Assembly: GCA_017441385.1 (NCBI GenBank)
Contig: JAFRXY010000098.1
Span: forward strand, 3,350-67,349
Reading direction: 5' to 3'
Source of the DNA: Clostridia bacterium
GTDB taxonomy: Bacteria; Bacillota; Clostridia; Oscillospirales; Acutalibacteraceae
Length of the DNA: 64,000 nt
Below the pieces are notes generated by a model. It was not told the DNA's origin. It worked only from the letters and a program-made list of their open reading frames with translations, and ran no database searches. Position numbers and translations under genes: made by a program. This document shows, piece by piece, positions 9,110 to 19,352 of the stretch (its first letter is position 1; each line of letters begins with the position of its first letter).

Positions 9110-9991
9110 ATGTCATATTCAACCGTAGTTAAAACCGAATTATGCCGGATAAGACCGGAAAGCGACTGCTGCGCATTGGCGGAGGCTTACGGTCTTTTGC
9201 TCTATTCTCGGCTTCTCAGTGAGGGACATGATACCTACGCCACCGAAACCAAGGGCATTGCCGACCTGATTGGGGAGACAATGGCCTCCGTCTGCGGCGT
9301 TTACGCCGATGTGATCACGCTGCCCAAGTCGGGCCGAAATGGCTGCAAGTATATGGTAAAAATTCCCAATAGCGAGCAGAAAAAGCTGATCTGCATGAGA
9401 TTTGCCGAGGCGGGCGGCGGCATCCTGGATAAGGAATGCTGCGTCGCGGCGTTTCTCCGGGGCGTGTTTATCGTATGCGGAACCGTCACCGAGCCGAGCC
9501 GGGATTATCATCTGGAATTCCTCGCGGGCAGTGAGCGCAGGTGCGATATTCTGGCGGACACCCTGTCGCGAGCCGGCATTCGCGGGCATAAGCTGCAAAG
9601 GGGCGACCGCTGGCTGCTTTATATCAAGGGCGCTGACGATATTATTTCTTTGCTGAAGAAAATGGGTTCCGTCTATTCCGTCCAGAGCATAGAAACCACG
9701 AAGAATGTCCGTGATTTCCGCAATAACGCCAACCGCCTTGTCAACTGCGATCAGGCGAACATCGACCGTACGCTCTCCGCGTCCCAGCAGCAGTGCGCGG
9801 CCATCCGCAGACTCATTGAAAAGAAGGGGTACGCCGGAATTCCGCCGGAGCTGAGGGAAATTGCCCGTCTGCGGCTGGAGAATCCCGAGATGACCCTGCG
9901 CGACCTCAGCGAGAACCTGAGCGAACCCATCACCCGCAGCGGAGTGAACCACCGGCTCAAAAAGCTGATGGAGCTGGCGGAGAATCAATGA
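9110..9991 (+). CDS. whiA: DNA-binding sporulation/cell-division regulator WhiA
   Basis: N-terminal MSYSTVVKTEL start, a degenerate LAGLIDADG-like middle domain (AAFLRGVFIVCGT), and a C-terminal HTH (LSEPITRSGVNHRLKKL). Confidence 0.93.
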   Translation: MSYSTVVKTELCRIRPESDCCALAEAYGLLLYSRLLSEGHDTYATETKGIADLIGETMASVCGVYADVITLPKSGRNGCKYMVKIPNSEQKKLICMRFAEAGGGILDKECCVAAFLRGVFIVCGTVTEPSRDYHLEFLAGSERRCDILADTLSRAGIRGHKLQRGDRWLLYIKGADDIISLLKKMGSVYSVQSIETTKNVRDFRNNANRLVNCDQANIDRTLSASQQQCAAIRRLIEKKGYAGIPPELREIARLRLENPEMTLRDLSENLSEPITRSGVNHRLKKLMELAENQ

Positions 9992-10193
9992 GAAAATGGA
10001 CTGAATCAAGCGATTGTAAAAGAATAAAAAGAAAAAAAGAAAGCGCGCAGCGCCAACTAAGCGAGCGAACGCGAGCGCGGGGTCCAGGGGGCAAGCTCCC
10101 TGGCGGGTCAAGGGCAGAGCCCTCGAGAGGGAGCGCAGCGACCGAGCGTAATGCACTCAGACATGCAAAAGGCTTAGGCGAATACAGATACAG

Positions 10194-10266
10194 CCCAATA
10201 CTCCGATTTCGCTCCCCCGGAACGGAGAAAAAGATTGCGGATTCCGATACCCCAATACTCCGATTT
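10194..10266. repeat. 16-nt direct repeat pair in the whiA-dnaE spacer
   Basis: CCCAATACTCCGATTT occurs at 10194-10209 and again at 10251-10266. Confidence 0.9.
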
Positions 10267-10329
10267 ACGCAATTATTTCGCTTTTACAATCACCTGAAAG
10301 GACTGTCTATAAAGGAGGCTAGCAACCAA

Positions 10330-13300
10330 TTGTTTGCCCATTTGCATCTGCACAGTGAATACAGCCTTCTCGACGGCGCCTGCCGCATCAAGGAGCTTGT
10401 CTCCGCGGTGAAGGAGATGGGGCAGGAGGCTGTTGCCGTCACCGACCACGGCACTATGTACGGCGCCGTGGATTTTTATAAGGAGGCAAAAAAGCAGGGA
10501 ATCAAGCCGATCATTGGCTGCGAGGTGTATGTTGCGCCACGGAGCATGAACGACAAAATTCACGGCATCGACTCGGACTATTCCCACCTTGTCCTGCTCT
10601 GCGAGAATATGACCGGCTACCGCAACCTCATCAAGCTGGTGTCGCTCTCATGGACGGAAGGCTTCTACGGCAAGCCGAGAATCGACCGCCGCGTTCTGTC
10701 CGAACACACGGAAGGACTCATCGCGCTGTCCGCCTGTCTGGCGGGCGATATCCCGAAGCTCCTGCTCAGCGGCGATTATGCCTCGGCCTATAATCGCGCG
10801 CTGGAATACCGCGAGATGTTCGGGGAAGGCAATTTCTATCTGGAATTGCAGGATCACGGCATCGAGGAACAAAAAACAGTCAGCGCCGGACTGATCCGGC
10901 TTCACAAAGAAACCGGCATCCCGCTGGTCGTCACCAACGACTGCCATTATATCAAAAAGAGCGATTCCCGCACGCATGAAATTCTGCTCTGCATACAGAC
11001 CAAAAGCACCGTGAATGATCCCGGCGCGTTCAGATTTCCGACAGATGAATTCTATCTCAAGAGCGAAGACGAAATGCGCGCTCTCTTTCCCGATTATCCC
11101 GAAGCCGCCGACAACACCCTGAAGATTGCCGAGCGCTGCAACGTGGAATTTGAATTCGGTCACACCAAGCTGCCGCACTTCGAGGTGCCGGGAGGCACCG
11201 ATCATGCGGTGTATCTCAGAAATCTTTGCTACGACGGATTGCGGGCGAAATATTCCAATCCCGATGACGAACGGCTGACTTCCCGTCTGGAATACGAGCT
11301 TTCGGTGGTGGACAGGATGGGCTACACCGACTATTATCTCATCGTCAACGACTTTGTGCAGTACGCGAAATCCCACGGCATTCCGGTCGGCCCCGGGCGC
11401 GGTTCCGGCGCGGGAAGTCTGGCGGCCTACTGTGTGGGAATCACCGACGTGGATCCCATGAAGTACGACCTTCTCTTTGAGCGGTTCCTCAACCCCGAGC
11501 GCGTCAGTATGCCGGACTTTGACATTGACTTCTGCAATGAACGCCGGCAGGAGGTCATAGATTACGTTATCCGCAAATACGGCGCGGAGAATGTCGCCCA
11601 GATCATCACCTTCGGCACCATGGCGGCGAAGGCTGCCGTGCGGGACGTGGGACGGGCGCTGGGAATGCCTTACAGCCTTCCCGACCGTGTAGCCAAGATG
11701 ATTCCCAACGCCCTTCATATCACCCTGAAGGACGCGCTGGAAAGTTCCGACGATCTCCGGAAGGAATACGACAGCGACCCGCAGATCAAGGAGCTGCTGG
11801 ATATCTCCATGAGTCTGGAAGGAATGCCGCGTCACGCTTCCACACACTCGGCGGGAGTGGTCATCACACGACTTCCCGTCAGCGAATATGTTCCGCTGGC
11901 GGTCAACGACGACGTTGCCGTCACCCAGTACACCATGACCACCCTCGAAGAGCTGGGGCTGCTTAAAATGGACTTTCTGGGTATCCGCAACCTGACGGTC
12001 ATTCAGGACGCGGAAACCATGATACGCCGCAGTCATCCCGCATTCAGCATGAAGCATATTCCCTATGACGACCCGGAGGTATTCCGCATGATGGCTGCCG
12101 GGGAAACGTCGGGCGTATTCCAGTTTGAATCGGCGGGTATGCGGAGCGTTTTGCAGCGCATGGAACCAAAGAGCGTGGAAGATCTCACCGCCGTGCTGTC
12201 GCTCTACCGTCCGGGACCGATGGCGTCCATTCCCAGATACATCGAAAACAGCAAGACCCCTTCCAAGATACAATACGATGATGAACGCCTGAAACCCATT
12301 CTCTCGGTGACCTACGGCTGCATTGTCTATCAGGAGCAGGTCATGCAGATCTTCCGGGCGCTGGCGGGTTATTCACTCGGACGTGCCGACGTGGTTCGCC
12401 GCGCCATGAGCAAGAAGAAGCACGACGTGATGCAGCGGGAACGGGAGGTCTTTGTGAACGGCCTGAAGGACGAGGACGGCACTGTCATCGTTGAAGGGGC
12501 GGTTGCCCGCGGCGTAAAGCGGGAAGTGGCCGAAAAGATATTCAGTGAGATGGAATCCTTCGCCTCCTACGCCTTCAATAAGAGTCATGCCGTCTGCTAC
12601 GCGGTGGTGGCTTACCAGACCGCCTATCTCAAATGCCGATTTCCCGGCGAATACATGTCGGCGCTGCTCACCAGCGTGCTGGACTGGCGGGGAAAGGTGT
12701 CGGAATATATCGCGGAATGCAGGCGGATGGGAATTTCTGTTCTGCCCCCCAGCATCAACGAGAGCGACATCAATTTCACCTGCACGCCGGAGGGAATACG
12801 CTTCGGACTGCTTGCCATCAAGAATTTAGGCAAAGGGGCGATAGTTCGCATTCTTAACGAGCGGAGAGCCGGCGGGAAATATAAAACCTTCTACGAATTC
12901 TGTTCCCGCGCCTGCGGCACCGAAGTCAACCGCCGCGCGATCGAAAGCCTGATCAAAAGCGGCGCCCTTGACGGATTGGCCGACAACCGCCGGCAGATGC
13001 TGATTTCGGTGGACAGGGTGATGGACTTTCTGGAAGAAGACAGGCGGCACAACGTCGAAGGACAGCTCAATCTTTTCGGCGGCGGGGAAGAAGCGGGGCA
13101 AACCGTCGAACTTCCCAGAACAGAGGAATTCCCGCTCGGCGAGCTGCTGGCCATGGAGAAGGAAGTCACCGAGCTGTATCTCAGCTCCCACCCGCTGGAA
13201 GCCTATTCCGACCTTGCTGCCGCGATACACGCTTCCTCCATTCTCAAAATCATTGCCGGTGCGGAGGATGAAACCGACACCCGCTATTCCGACGGAAAGC

Positions 13301-13902
13301 ATGTGCGGCTGCTGGTGATGATCGAGAAATTAAAGCTGAAGCTCTCCAAAAACAACGAAAAAATGGCGTTTGCCGACATCGAGGATGCCGGCGGTTCGCT
13401 GGAAATGATCGTCTTCCCGAAGGTGCTGGCGGGCTGCGCGGGCATGATCGCGGAGCATGTGCCGCTGATTGTCGACGGCAGAATCAGCCTGCGCGAGGAG
13501 GAAGAACCCAAGATTATCTGCGAGAGGATTTTCACGCCGGCACAGGCAAATCATCTTCCGCCGATGGAAGGCGAGTCCTGCGCACCGCCGCGCGAAAACA
13601 ATCAGCCCGCGCCGCCGCGGAAAATCTCCCCGCCGGCAGGGCAGCTGGAGCCGCGCAAGGGAAATCCCGTTCTCTTTCTGCGGGTGCCGTCGATGGAATC
13701 CCCGGAATGGCAGCGGGCGCTTAAGGTGCTGAAGGTATTTGACGGCATTTCGCGTGTATTTATCCGCTGTAATGACAGCGGCGAGCTGGTGGAAGCGCCG
13801 GTACAGTACCGCGTGATGATGAACAGCGTCATGCTGGACGAACTGACCCGGATTCTGGGGGAAGGCAACGTCGCGGTGCGGTATGAGAAAATTTTTAGAT
13901 AA
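10330..13902 (+). CDS. dnaE: DNA polymerase III alpha subunit (DnaE type)
   Basis: PHP domain start FAHLHLHSEYSLLDG, and polymerase core motifs (GPGRGSGAGSLAAY, PDFDIDF). TTG 10330 lies 11 nt after AAGGAGG. The frame stays open upstream to ATG 9988, but that stretch carries repeat-derived low-complexity sequence. Confidence 0.95.
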   Translation: MFAHLHLHSEYSLLDGACRIKELVSAVKEMGQEAVAVTDHGTMYGAVDFYKEAKKQGIKPIIGCEVYVAPRSMNDKIHGIDSDYSHLVLLCENMTGYRNLIKLVSLSWTEGFYGKPRIDRRVLSEHTEGLIALSACLAGDIPKLLLSGDYASAYNRALEYREMFGEGNFYLELQDHGIEEQKTVSAGLIRLHKETGIPLVVTNDCHYIKKSDSRTHEILLCIQTKSTVNDPGAFRFPTDEFYLKSEDEMRALFPDYPEAADNTLKIAERCNVEFEFGHTKLPHFEVPGGTDHAVYLRNLCYDGLRAKYSNPDDERLTSRLEYELSVVDRMGYTDYYLIVNDFVQYAKSHGIPVGPGRGSGAGSLAAYCVGITDVDPMKYDLLFERFLNPERVSMPDFDIDFCNERRQEVIDYVIRKYGAENVAQIITFGTMAAKAAVRDVGRALGMPYSLPDRVAKMIPNALHITLKDALESSDDLRKEYDSDPQIKELLDISMSLEGMPRHASTHSAGVVITRLPVSEYVPLAVNDDVAVTQYTMTTLEELGLLKMDFLGIRNLTVIQDAETMIRRSHPAFSMKHIPYDDPEVFRMMAAGETSGVFQFESAGMRSVLQRMEPKSVEDLTAVLSLYRPGPMASIPRYIENSKTPSKIQYDDERLKPILSVTYGCIVYQEQVMQIFRALAGYSLGRADVVRRAMSKKKHDVMQREREVFVNGLKDEDGTVIVEGAVARGVKREVAEKIFSEMESFASYAFNKSHAVCYAVVAYQTAYLKCRFPGEYMSALLTSVLDWRGKVSEYIAECRRMGISVLPPSINESDINFTCTPEGIRFGLLAIKNLGKGAIVRILNERRAGGKYKTFYEFCSRACGTEVNRRAIESLIKSGALDGLADNRRQMLISVDRVMDFLEEDRRHNVEGQLNLFGGGEEAGQTVELPRTEEFPLGELLAMEKEVTELYLSSHPLEAYSDLAAAIHASSILKIIAGAEDETDTRYSDGKHVRLLVMIEKLKLKLSKNNEKMAFADIEDAGGSLEMIVFPKVLAGCAGMIAEHVPLIVDGRISLREEEEPKIICERIFTPAQANHLPPMEGESCAPPRENNQPAPPRKISPPAGQLEPRKGNPVLFLRVPSMESPEWQRALKVLKVFDGISRVFIRCNDSGELVEAPVQYRVMMNSVMLDELTRILGEGNVAVRYEKIFR

Positions 13903-14053
13903 AACAGAAAAATCCTGAAAAAATCCTGTTTTTTGGCAAAAAGTTGTTGCTAAATTCTGATAATATGCTATAATTGAAATGAGCGTAATGTCGGAATATT
14001 ATTTTTTCCGACAGCGAACGGATACATAATAAGATTTCAGGGAGGATATTATA

Positions 14054-15025
14054 ATGAGCAATCCTAATTCAATCGCGGTTCTCACCAGCGGCGGCGACGC
14101 GCCGGGCATGAATGCCGCTGTCAGAGCGGTCGTCAGAACGGCTATCTTCAAGGGCATGGAAGTCTATGGTGTGCAGAGAGGCTATAACGGTCTGATCACC
14201 GGCGAGATCGTCAAGATGGATCTGAGAAGCGTTTCCGATATTATCCACAGGGGCGGCACGGTGCTTTATACCGCCAGAAGTCCGAAATTCCGCACTCCCG
14301 AGGGAGTGGAGGAGGCTGCGGCACATTGCCGTGAGCTGGGCATCAAGGGCGTTGTGGTCATCGGCGGCGACGGTTCCTACAGAGGTGCGCGCGACCTGAC
14401 TCATGCCGGCATTCCCTGCGTCGGTCTGCCCGGAACCATTGACAACGACATCAGCTCCACCGATTACACCATCGGTTTTGATACCGCTATGAATACCGCT
14501 ATGCATATGGTGGATAATATCCGTGATACTTCTCAATCCCACGATCGCTGCAGCGTTGTGGAAGTGATGGGCAGAAACGCGGGTTATCTGGCGCTTCACA
14601 CAGGTATTGCCTGCGGCGCTACCGCTATTCTGGTACCCGAAGTGCCCTTTGATCTGGAAAAGGACGTGATTCCGAAGATCACCCGCACACAGGCCACCGG
14701 CAAGAAGAATTTCATCGTCGTTGTGGCGGAAGGCGTTGGCGGCACCGAAAACATTGCCCGCCATATCCAGGAACTGACCGGCATCGATACCAGAGCCACC
14801 ATTCTCGGACATGTTCAGAGAGGCGGTTCTCCCACTGTGCGCGACCGTGTGCTGGCGACCCAGATGGGTTATCATGCAGTAGAACTGCTTGAACAGGGCA
14901 TCGGCAACCGCGTTGTCGGCATCAAGGAAGACAAGGTCGTTGATTACGATATCGACGAAGCGCTCGAAATGCACAAGGACTTCGAATCCGAACTCTATAA
15001 GATTGCCGACATTGTATCCATCTGA
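14054..15025 (+). CDS. pfkA: ATP-dependent 6-phosphofructokinase
   Basis: IAVLTSGGDAPGMNAAVRAVVR, GGDGSYRGA, PGTIDNDI and MGRNAGYLAL motifs. Confidence 0.95.
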   Translation: MSNPNSIAVLTSGGDAPGMNAAVRAVVRTAIFKGMEVYGVQRGYNGLITGEIVKMDLRSVSDIIHRGGTVLYTARSPKFRTPEGVEEAAAHCRELGIKGVVVIGGDGSYRGARDLTHAGIPCVGLPGTIDNDISSTDYTIGFDTAMNTAMHMVDNIRDTSQSHDRCSVVEVMGRNAGYLALHTGIACGATAILVPEVPFDLEKDVIPKITRTQATGKKNFIVVVAEGVGGTENIARHIQELTGIDTRATILGHVQRGGSPTVRDRVLATQMGYHAVELLEQGIGNRVVGIKEDKVVDYDIDEALEMHKDFESELYKIADIVSI

Positions 15026-15045
15026 GAATATAGATTAATAATGAG

Positions 15046-15099
15046 AAAGGCAAGGTTTTCTGTTGCAATATAGGAAAGCTTGCCTTTTGCTGGTTTTTT
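15046..15099 (+). terminator. intrinsic terminator after pfkA
   Basis: Stem AAAGGCAAG 15046-15054 pairs with CTTGCCTTT 15079-15087, then a T-rich tract to 15099. Confidence 0.6.
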
Positions 15100-15154
15100 A
15101 TATACGGTTTTATGATGTGCTCAATTGAGATTTGTTAAAGAAAGGAATTTGATT

Positions 15155-15655
15155 ATGTCCAAAAAAGTTGCAATCATTATGGGCAGCGACAGCGATCTGC
15201 CTGTCGTCAAGCCCGCTATCACCACATTGAAGGAATTCGGCGTGGCCTATGAAGTCAGGGTCATGTCGGCCCACAGAACGCCCGACGCGGCGGCTCAGTT
15301 CAGCAAGAACGCCAAGGATAACGGTTTCGGCGTGATCATCGCGGCAGCCGGGAAGGCGGCTCATCTCGGCGGCGTGCTGGCGGCGCATACCGTGCTTCCC
15401 GTCATTGGCATTCCGGTGAAATCCTCCACTCTCGACGGGCTGGACGCGCTGCTTGCCACCGTTCAGATGCCCAGCGGCATTCCGGTGGCCACCGTCGCCA
15501 TTGACGGCTCCGCGAATGCCGCGCTGCTGGCGATTCAGATGCTGGCTCTTTCAGACGAAGGACTTACCGAAAAACTCGCCGCCTACAAAAAGAGCATGGC
15601 GGAGAGCGTCGCAAAAAAGGATGCCGCCCTTCAGGAAAAGCTCGCTGAAATGTGA
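15155..15655 (+). CDS. purE: 5-(carboxyamino)imidazole ribonucleotide mutase
   Basis: VAIIMGSDSDLPV...SAHRTP...IIAAAGKAAHLGGVLAAHT. Confidence 0.95.
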   Translation: MSKKVAIIMGSDSDLPVVKPAITTLKEFGVAYEVRVMSAHRTPDAAAQFSKNAKDNGFGVIIAAAGKAAHLGGVLAAHTVLPVIGIPVKSSTLDGLDALLATVQMPSGIPVATVAIDGSANAALLAIQMLALSDEGLTEKLAAYKKSMAESVAKKDAALQEKLAEM

Positions 15656-15732
15656 AGCGCGACGGATTCCTTTTGATTTGAATCATCACACTTACCGCTA
15701 ACGTCGAAAACGAATATGGGGGTTTTTACCGC

Positions 15733-17226
15733 TTGGATAAATTGAAAAAAATGGAAGAACTGGACCATCTGGACCATCTGGAAAAAGAAGTGTACGATAA
15801 CTTAAGCGAGGAATGCGGCGTCTTCGGCATTTACTGCTCCGACGCAAAGAAGGTGCTGGAACTGACTCACCTCGCGCTCTACGCCATGCAGCACCGAGGC
15901 CGCGTCGGCGCTGGAATGGCATTCTCCGACGGCAAGACCATCCGCTGCTACAAGGATCTGGGACTGGTCGCCGACGTCTTTACCGCCGACATGCTCAAAC
16001 GGATTCAATCCGGCAAGATTGCCATTGCGCACGTCCGCAATTCCAGCAAGGCGGTTGTGGAACGCGTCGCGGCACAACCGCTGGTCATGCGCTATATGGA
16101 GGGCGTGATGGCGCTTTCCAACAATGGCGCTCTGGTCAACGGCAACGACCTGCGGGAAGTTCTGGAGCATGACGGCGCGATGTTTCAGGCTGGCAGCGAC
16201 GCGGAAACCATGGCGTATCTGATTGCCCGCAAGCGTGTGCTTTCCGGCTCGATTGAAAAGGCGGTCGCCGAGGCGATGGAGCAGGTGCAGGGAGCTTATT
16301 CACTGGCGATCATGAGCCGCAACAAGCTCATTGCCGTGCGTGACCCGAGAGGTATGCGCCCGCTGTCGTTGGGAAGAATCGGTGACAACTGCTGGGTAAT
16401 CGCCAGCGAAACCTGCGTCTTCGACGGCATCGGCGCGGAATTTGTGCGCGATGTGGAACCGGGCGAGGTTGTGATGATTGACGACGACGGTTGCCATTCC
16501 GACCGGACACATTGCGGCAAGGAAAAGCAGGCGCTCTGCATTTACGAATATGTTTATTTTGCCCGCCCCGACTCGGTGATCAACGGCAAGAGCGTGCACG
16601 AAGTCCGTATGGAAATCGGCAAGCTGCTCGCTAAGGAGCACCCTGTGGAAGCGGACATCGTCTGCGGCGTGCCCGATTCCGGCATCTCAGCGGCGATCGG
16701 CTATTCCCGCGAGAGCGGCATTCCCTACGGTACCGCGCTGATCAAGAACAAATACATTTCGCAGGCGCATTTAGGCAAGGATGACGAATCCTTTGAAATG
16801 GCGCTGAAGGTCAAGCTGAATGTGCTGGAGTCCATCATCAGGGGCAAGCGGGTCATTCTGATAGACGATTCCATCATCAAAGGAATGACCGCCAAGCACA
16901 TCATCGGACTGCTTCGCAAGGCAGGCGCGACCGAAGTGCATCTCCGCATTTCCTCGCCGCCGGTTTTCAATACCTGTTATTTCGGCACCACCATCAACGA
17001 CCGCGGCTCCCTTATCACCAATAACATGAAGGTAGAGCAGATTTGTTCCGCTGTGGGAGCCGATTCGCTCGGTTTCGTTTCGGTGGACGGCATTCATAAT
17101 GTCGCCGGAATGGGCGAAATCGGTATCTGTGACGCCTGTTTCACGGGCAATTACCCCATGAAGGTGGACGAGCGGGAGCATTTCAACAAGTACGATTTCA
17201 AAATTGGCGAACAGCCGAATGTGTAA
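15733..17226 (+). CDS. purF: amidophosphoribosyltransferase
   Basis: A propeptide followed by the CGVFGI Ntn nucleophile, the PRTase motif VILIDDSIIKGMT, and a C-terminal Cys cluster. The start may be TTG 15733 or ATG 15751. Confidence 0.95.
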   Translation: MDKLKKMEELDHLDHLEKEVYDNLSEECGVFGIYCSDAKKVLELTHLALYAMQHRGRVGAGMAFSDGKTIRCYKDLGLVADVFTADMLKRIQSGKIAIAHVRNSSKAVVERVAAQPLVMRYMEGVMALSNNGALVNGNDLREVLEHDGAMFQAGSDAETMAYLIARKRVLSGSIEKAVAEAMEQVQGAYSLAIMSRNKLIAVRDPRGMRPLSLGRIGDNCWVIASETCVFDGIGAEFVRDVEPGEVVMIDDDGCHSDRTHCGKEKQALCIYEYVYFARPDSVINGKSVHEVRMEIGKLLAKEHPVEADIVCGVPDSGISAAIGYSRESGIPYGTALIKNKYISQAHLGKDDESFEMALKVKLNVLESIIRGKRVILIDDSIIKGMTAKHIIGLLRKAGATEVHLRISSPPVFNTCYFGTTINDRGSLITNNMKVEQICSAVGADSLGFVSVDGIHNVAGMGEIGICDACFTGNYPMKVDEREHFNKYDFKIGEQPNV

Positions 17227-17244
17227 ATAGGAGGAACATACCAT

Positions 17245-18294
17245 ATGAGCAATACAAAAAGCTACAGCAACAGCTACAAGGAAGCGGGCGTTGACGTTAC
17301 CGCGGGTTACAGATCGGTGGAACTGATCAAGAAGCACGTCGCCCGCACCAATATTCCGGGCGTTGTGTCGAGTATCGGCGGCTTCGGCGGGCTGTTTGAG
17401 CCGGACTTTTCGGGCATGAAGACGCCGACACTGGTTTCCGGTACCGATGGCGTCGGCACCAAGCTGAAAATTGCCTTTCTGATGGACAAGCACGACACCG
17501 TGGGCATCGACTGCGTGGCCATGTGCGCCAACGACGTTGCCTGCAGCGGTGCGCAGCCGCTTTTCTTCCTCGATTATCTGGCGGTCGGCAAGAATATTCC
17601 TGAGAAGGTGGCCGATATTGTCGCCGGTGTAGCGGAAGGCTGCGTGCAGGCGGGATGCGCCCTGATCGGCGGCGAAACGGCCGAAATGCCCGGTTTCTAT
17701 CCCCCTGAGGAATACGACCTCGCGGGATTCTGCGTCGGTCTGGCCGACAAGGAGAAGATCGTTGACTGCGCCAACGTCAAGGTGGGCGACACCCTCATCG
17801 GCGTGGCATCGACCGGACTTCATTCTAACGGATTTTCGCTGGTGCGCACCACCTTGCGGGTCAGCTCCCAGAATATTTCCAAATACATCGATGAATTCGG
17901 CAAGACGCTGGGCGAAGAATTGCTTACGCCCACCCGCATTTATGTGAAATCCGTGCTGGCGCTGCAAAAGGCGGTTTCCGTTCACGGCATTTCCAACATC
18001 ACCGGCGGCGGATTCTATGAGAACATTCCGCGCATGCTGCCTGACGGCATGATGGCGAAGGTGCAGAGAAGCGCTGTCAAAGTACTGCCTGTCTTCCATT
18101 ACATCCAGAAGATGAGCGACGGCAGAATCGACGATCACGATATGTTCAACACCTTCAACATGGGCGTCGGTCTGGTGGTCGCGGTCGATCCGTCCGAAGC
18201 GGACAAGGCGATTGCAACCCTCAAAGCAAACGGCGAGGAAGCCTACGTCATCGGCGAAGTGGTCAGCGGCACGGAAGGTGTTGAAATATGCTGA
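17245..18294 (+). CDS. purM: phosphoribosylformylglycinamidine cyclo-ligase (AIR synthetase)
   Basis: [27 protein letters not shown] and GGETAEMPG motifs, with an AGGAGG RBS. Confidence 0.95.
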   Translation: MSNTKSYSNSYKEAGVDVTAGYRSVELIKKHVARTNIPGVVSSIGGFGGLFEPDFSGMKTPTLVSGTDGVGTKLKIAFLMDKHDTVGIDCVAMCANDVACSGAQPLFFLDYLAVGKNIPEKVADIVAGVAEGCVQAGCALIGGETAEMPGFYPPEEYDLAGFCVGLADKEKIVDCANVKVGDTLIGVASTGLHSNGFSLVRTTLRVSSQNISKYIDEFGKTLGEELLTPTRIYVKSVLALQKAVSVHGISNITGGGFYENIPRMLPDGMMAKVQRSAVKVLPVFHYIQKMSDGRIDDHDMFNTFNMGVGLVVAVDPSEADKAIATLKANGEEAYVIGEVVSGTEGVEIC

Positions 18295-18932
18295 AAATGA
18301 AAAATATAGCGGTGTTCGTTTCCGGCGGCGGCACCAACCTGCAAGCCCTCATCGACGCGCAGGAACGCGGCGAGATCAAGAACGGGCGCATTGTCTTCGT
18401 GCTTGCCAGCAATGACAGGGCCTACGCCATTCAGCGCGCCGAGAAAGCCGACATCGAGCATCAGGTCGTTTCCCGCAAGGCCTATGCCTCCAGTGAAGAT
18501 TACGACGCGGCGATTCTCGCGGCGCTGGAACACAGGGACATTGACCTGATTGTGCTGGCGGGATTCCTTTCCATTCTCGGACCGACCGTCATCGAAAAAT
18601 ACCGCAACCGGATCATCAATATTCATCCTTCTCTTATTCCGCTGTTCTGCGGCGACGGCTTCTACGGCAAGAAGGTGCATACCGCCGTTCTTGCCAGCGG
18701 CATGAAGGTGACCGGCGCGACTGCCCATTTCGTCAACGAAATCACCGACGGCGGCGCGATTATCCTGCAAAAAGCCGTTCCCATCGAGCAGGGGGACAAC
18801 GAGGATATTCTCCAGTACCGAGTCATGCGGCAGGCGGAATGGGAAATCCTTCCCCGGGCTGTGAGCCTAGTCTGCGAGGAACGGATACGGATTGTCGGCA
18901 ATCGGACGGAAATACTGGGTGCAACAAATTAG
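18288..18932 (+). CDS. purN: phosphoribosylglycinamide formyltransferase
   Basis: [31 protein letters not shown] and TGATAHFV motifs. The start overlaps the purM stop. The stop TAG 18930-18932 is the first triplet of a repeat element. Confidence 0.93.
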   Translation: MLKMKNIAVFVSGGGTNLQALIDAQERGEIKNGRIVFVLASNDRAYAIQRAEKADIEHQVVSRKAYASSEDYDAAILAALEHRDIDLIVLAGFLSILGPTVIEKYRNRIINIHPSLIPLFCGDGFYGKKVHTAVLASGMKVTGATAHFVNEITDGGAIILQKAVPIEQGDNEDILQYRVMRQAEWEILPRAVSLVCEERIRIVGNRTEILGATN

Positions 18933-18990
18933 TGAATAGAGAATAACGAATAGTGAATAGTGAATAATGTCGGAAGTCCTTCGGGCTTGA
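18930..18990 (+). repeat. 7-nt-phased stop-triplet array plus UUCG hairpin (intergenic element family, copy B)
   Basis: TAG/TAG/TAA/TAG/TAG/TAA start at 18930, 18937, 18944, 18951, 18958 and 18965, separated by NGAA spacers. The hairpin GGAAGTCC-TTCG-GGCTTG follows at 18972-18988. Confidence 0.9.
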
Positions 18991-19017
18991 AATAAAATAA
19001 ATAAGGAGATGCCAACT

Positions 19018-19290
19018 ATGCCTGAAAATGAAGTAGAAGTAGTAGAGTATAAGTTTGACACACAGTTGCTCATTGAGGGAACGGACCTCGACGAGGACGC
19101 GATCAACGATTATTTCGTGGAGAATTTTGTGGGCGACTGCCTGCTGGCCGTCGGCGACGAGGAAACCATCAAGATTCACTACCACACCAATGAGCCTTGG
19201 AAGGTGCTGGAATACTGCGCTTCCCTCGGCGAGATTCACGACATCATCGTGGAGAATATGCAGCTCCAATCCGAAGGCCTGCACGGCTAA
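19018..19290 (+). CDS. small stand-alone protein homologous to the middle domain of FakA/YloV (DAK2-fusion fatty acid kinase)
   Basis: GDCLLAVGDEETIKIHYHTNEPWKVLEYCASLGEIHDIIVENMQLQ resembles the B. subtilis YloV segment [46 protein letters not shown] (recalled from memory). ATG 19018 lies 9 nt after AAGGAG. Confidence 0.6.
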   Translation: MPENEVEVVEYKFDTQLLIEGTDLDEDAINDYFVENFVGDCLLAVGDEETIKIHYHTNEPWKVLEYCASLGEIHDIIVENMQLQSEGLHG

Positions 19291-19352
19291 TGGCAGTGTG
19301 GAGTGTGGAATTAAGGAAGGGCTGCGGCCTTGGAATGAAGGAGTGAAGAATA

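Noticed and set aside
9988-10329. ATG 9988 as the true dnaE start, giving a 114-aa N-terminal extension.
   Set aside because: The conserved PHP domain begins right at TTG 10330, which has a strong AAGGAGG RBS. The extension is repeat-derived low complexity. It is kept as a finding to test, not as the annotated start.
15026-15154. A purine (guanine/adenine) riboswitch upstream of purE.
   Set aside because: The spacer contains only the pfkA terminator hairpin and about 55 nt of AT-rich sequence. No three-way-junction purine riboswitch core motifs were seen.
18930-18969. The heptamer arrays read as a CRISPR array or as TRAP-binding sites.
   Set aside because: The units are 7 nt with no spacers of CRISPR size, and no cas genes are present. 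TRAP sites have (G/U)AG triplets with 2-3 nt spacers (period 5-6), not the strict period 7 seen here.
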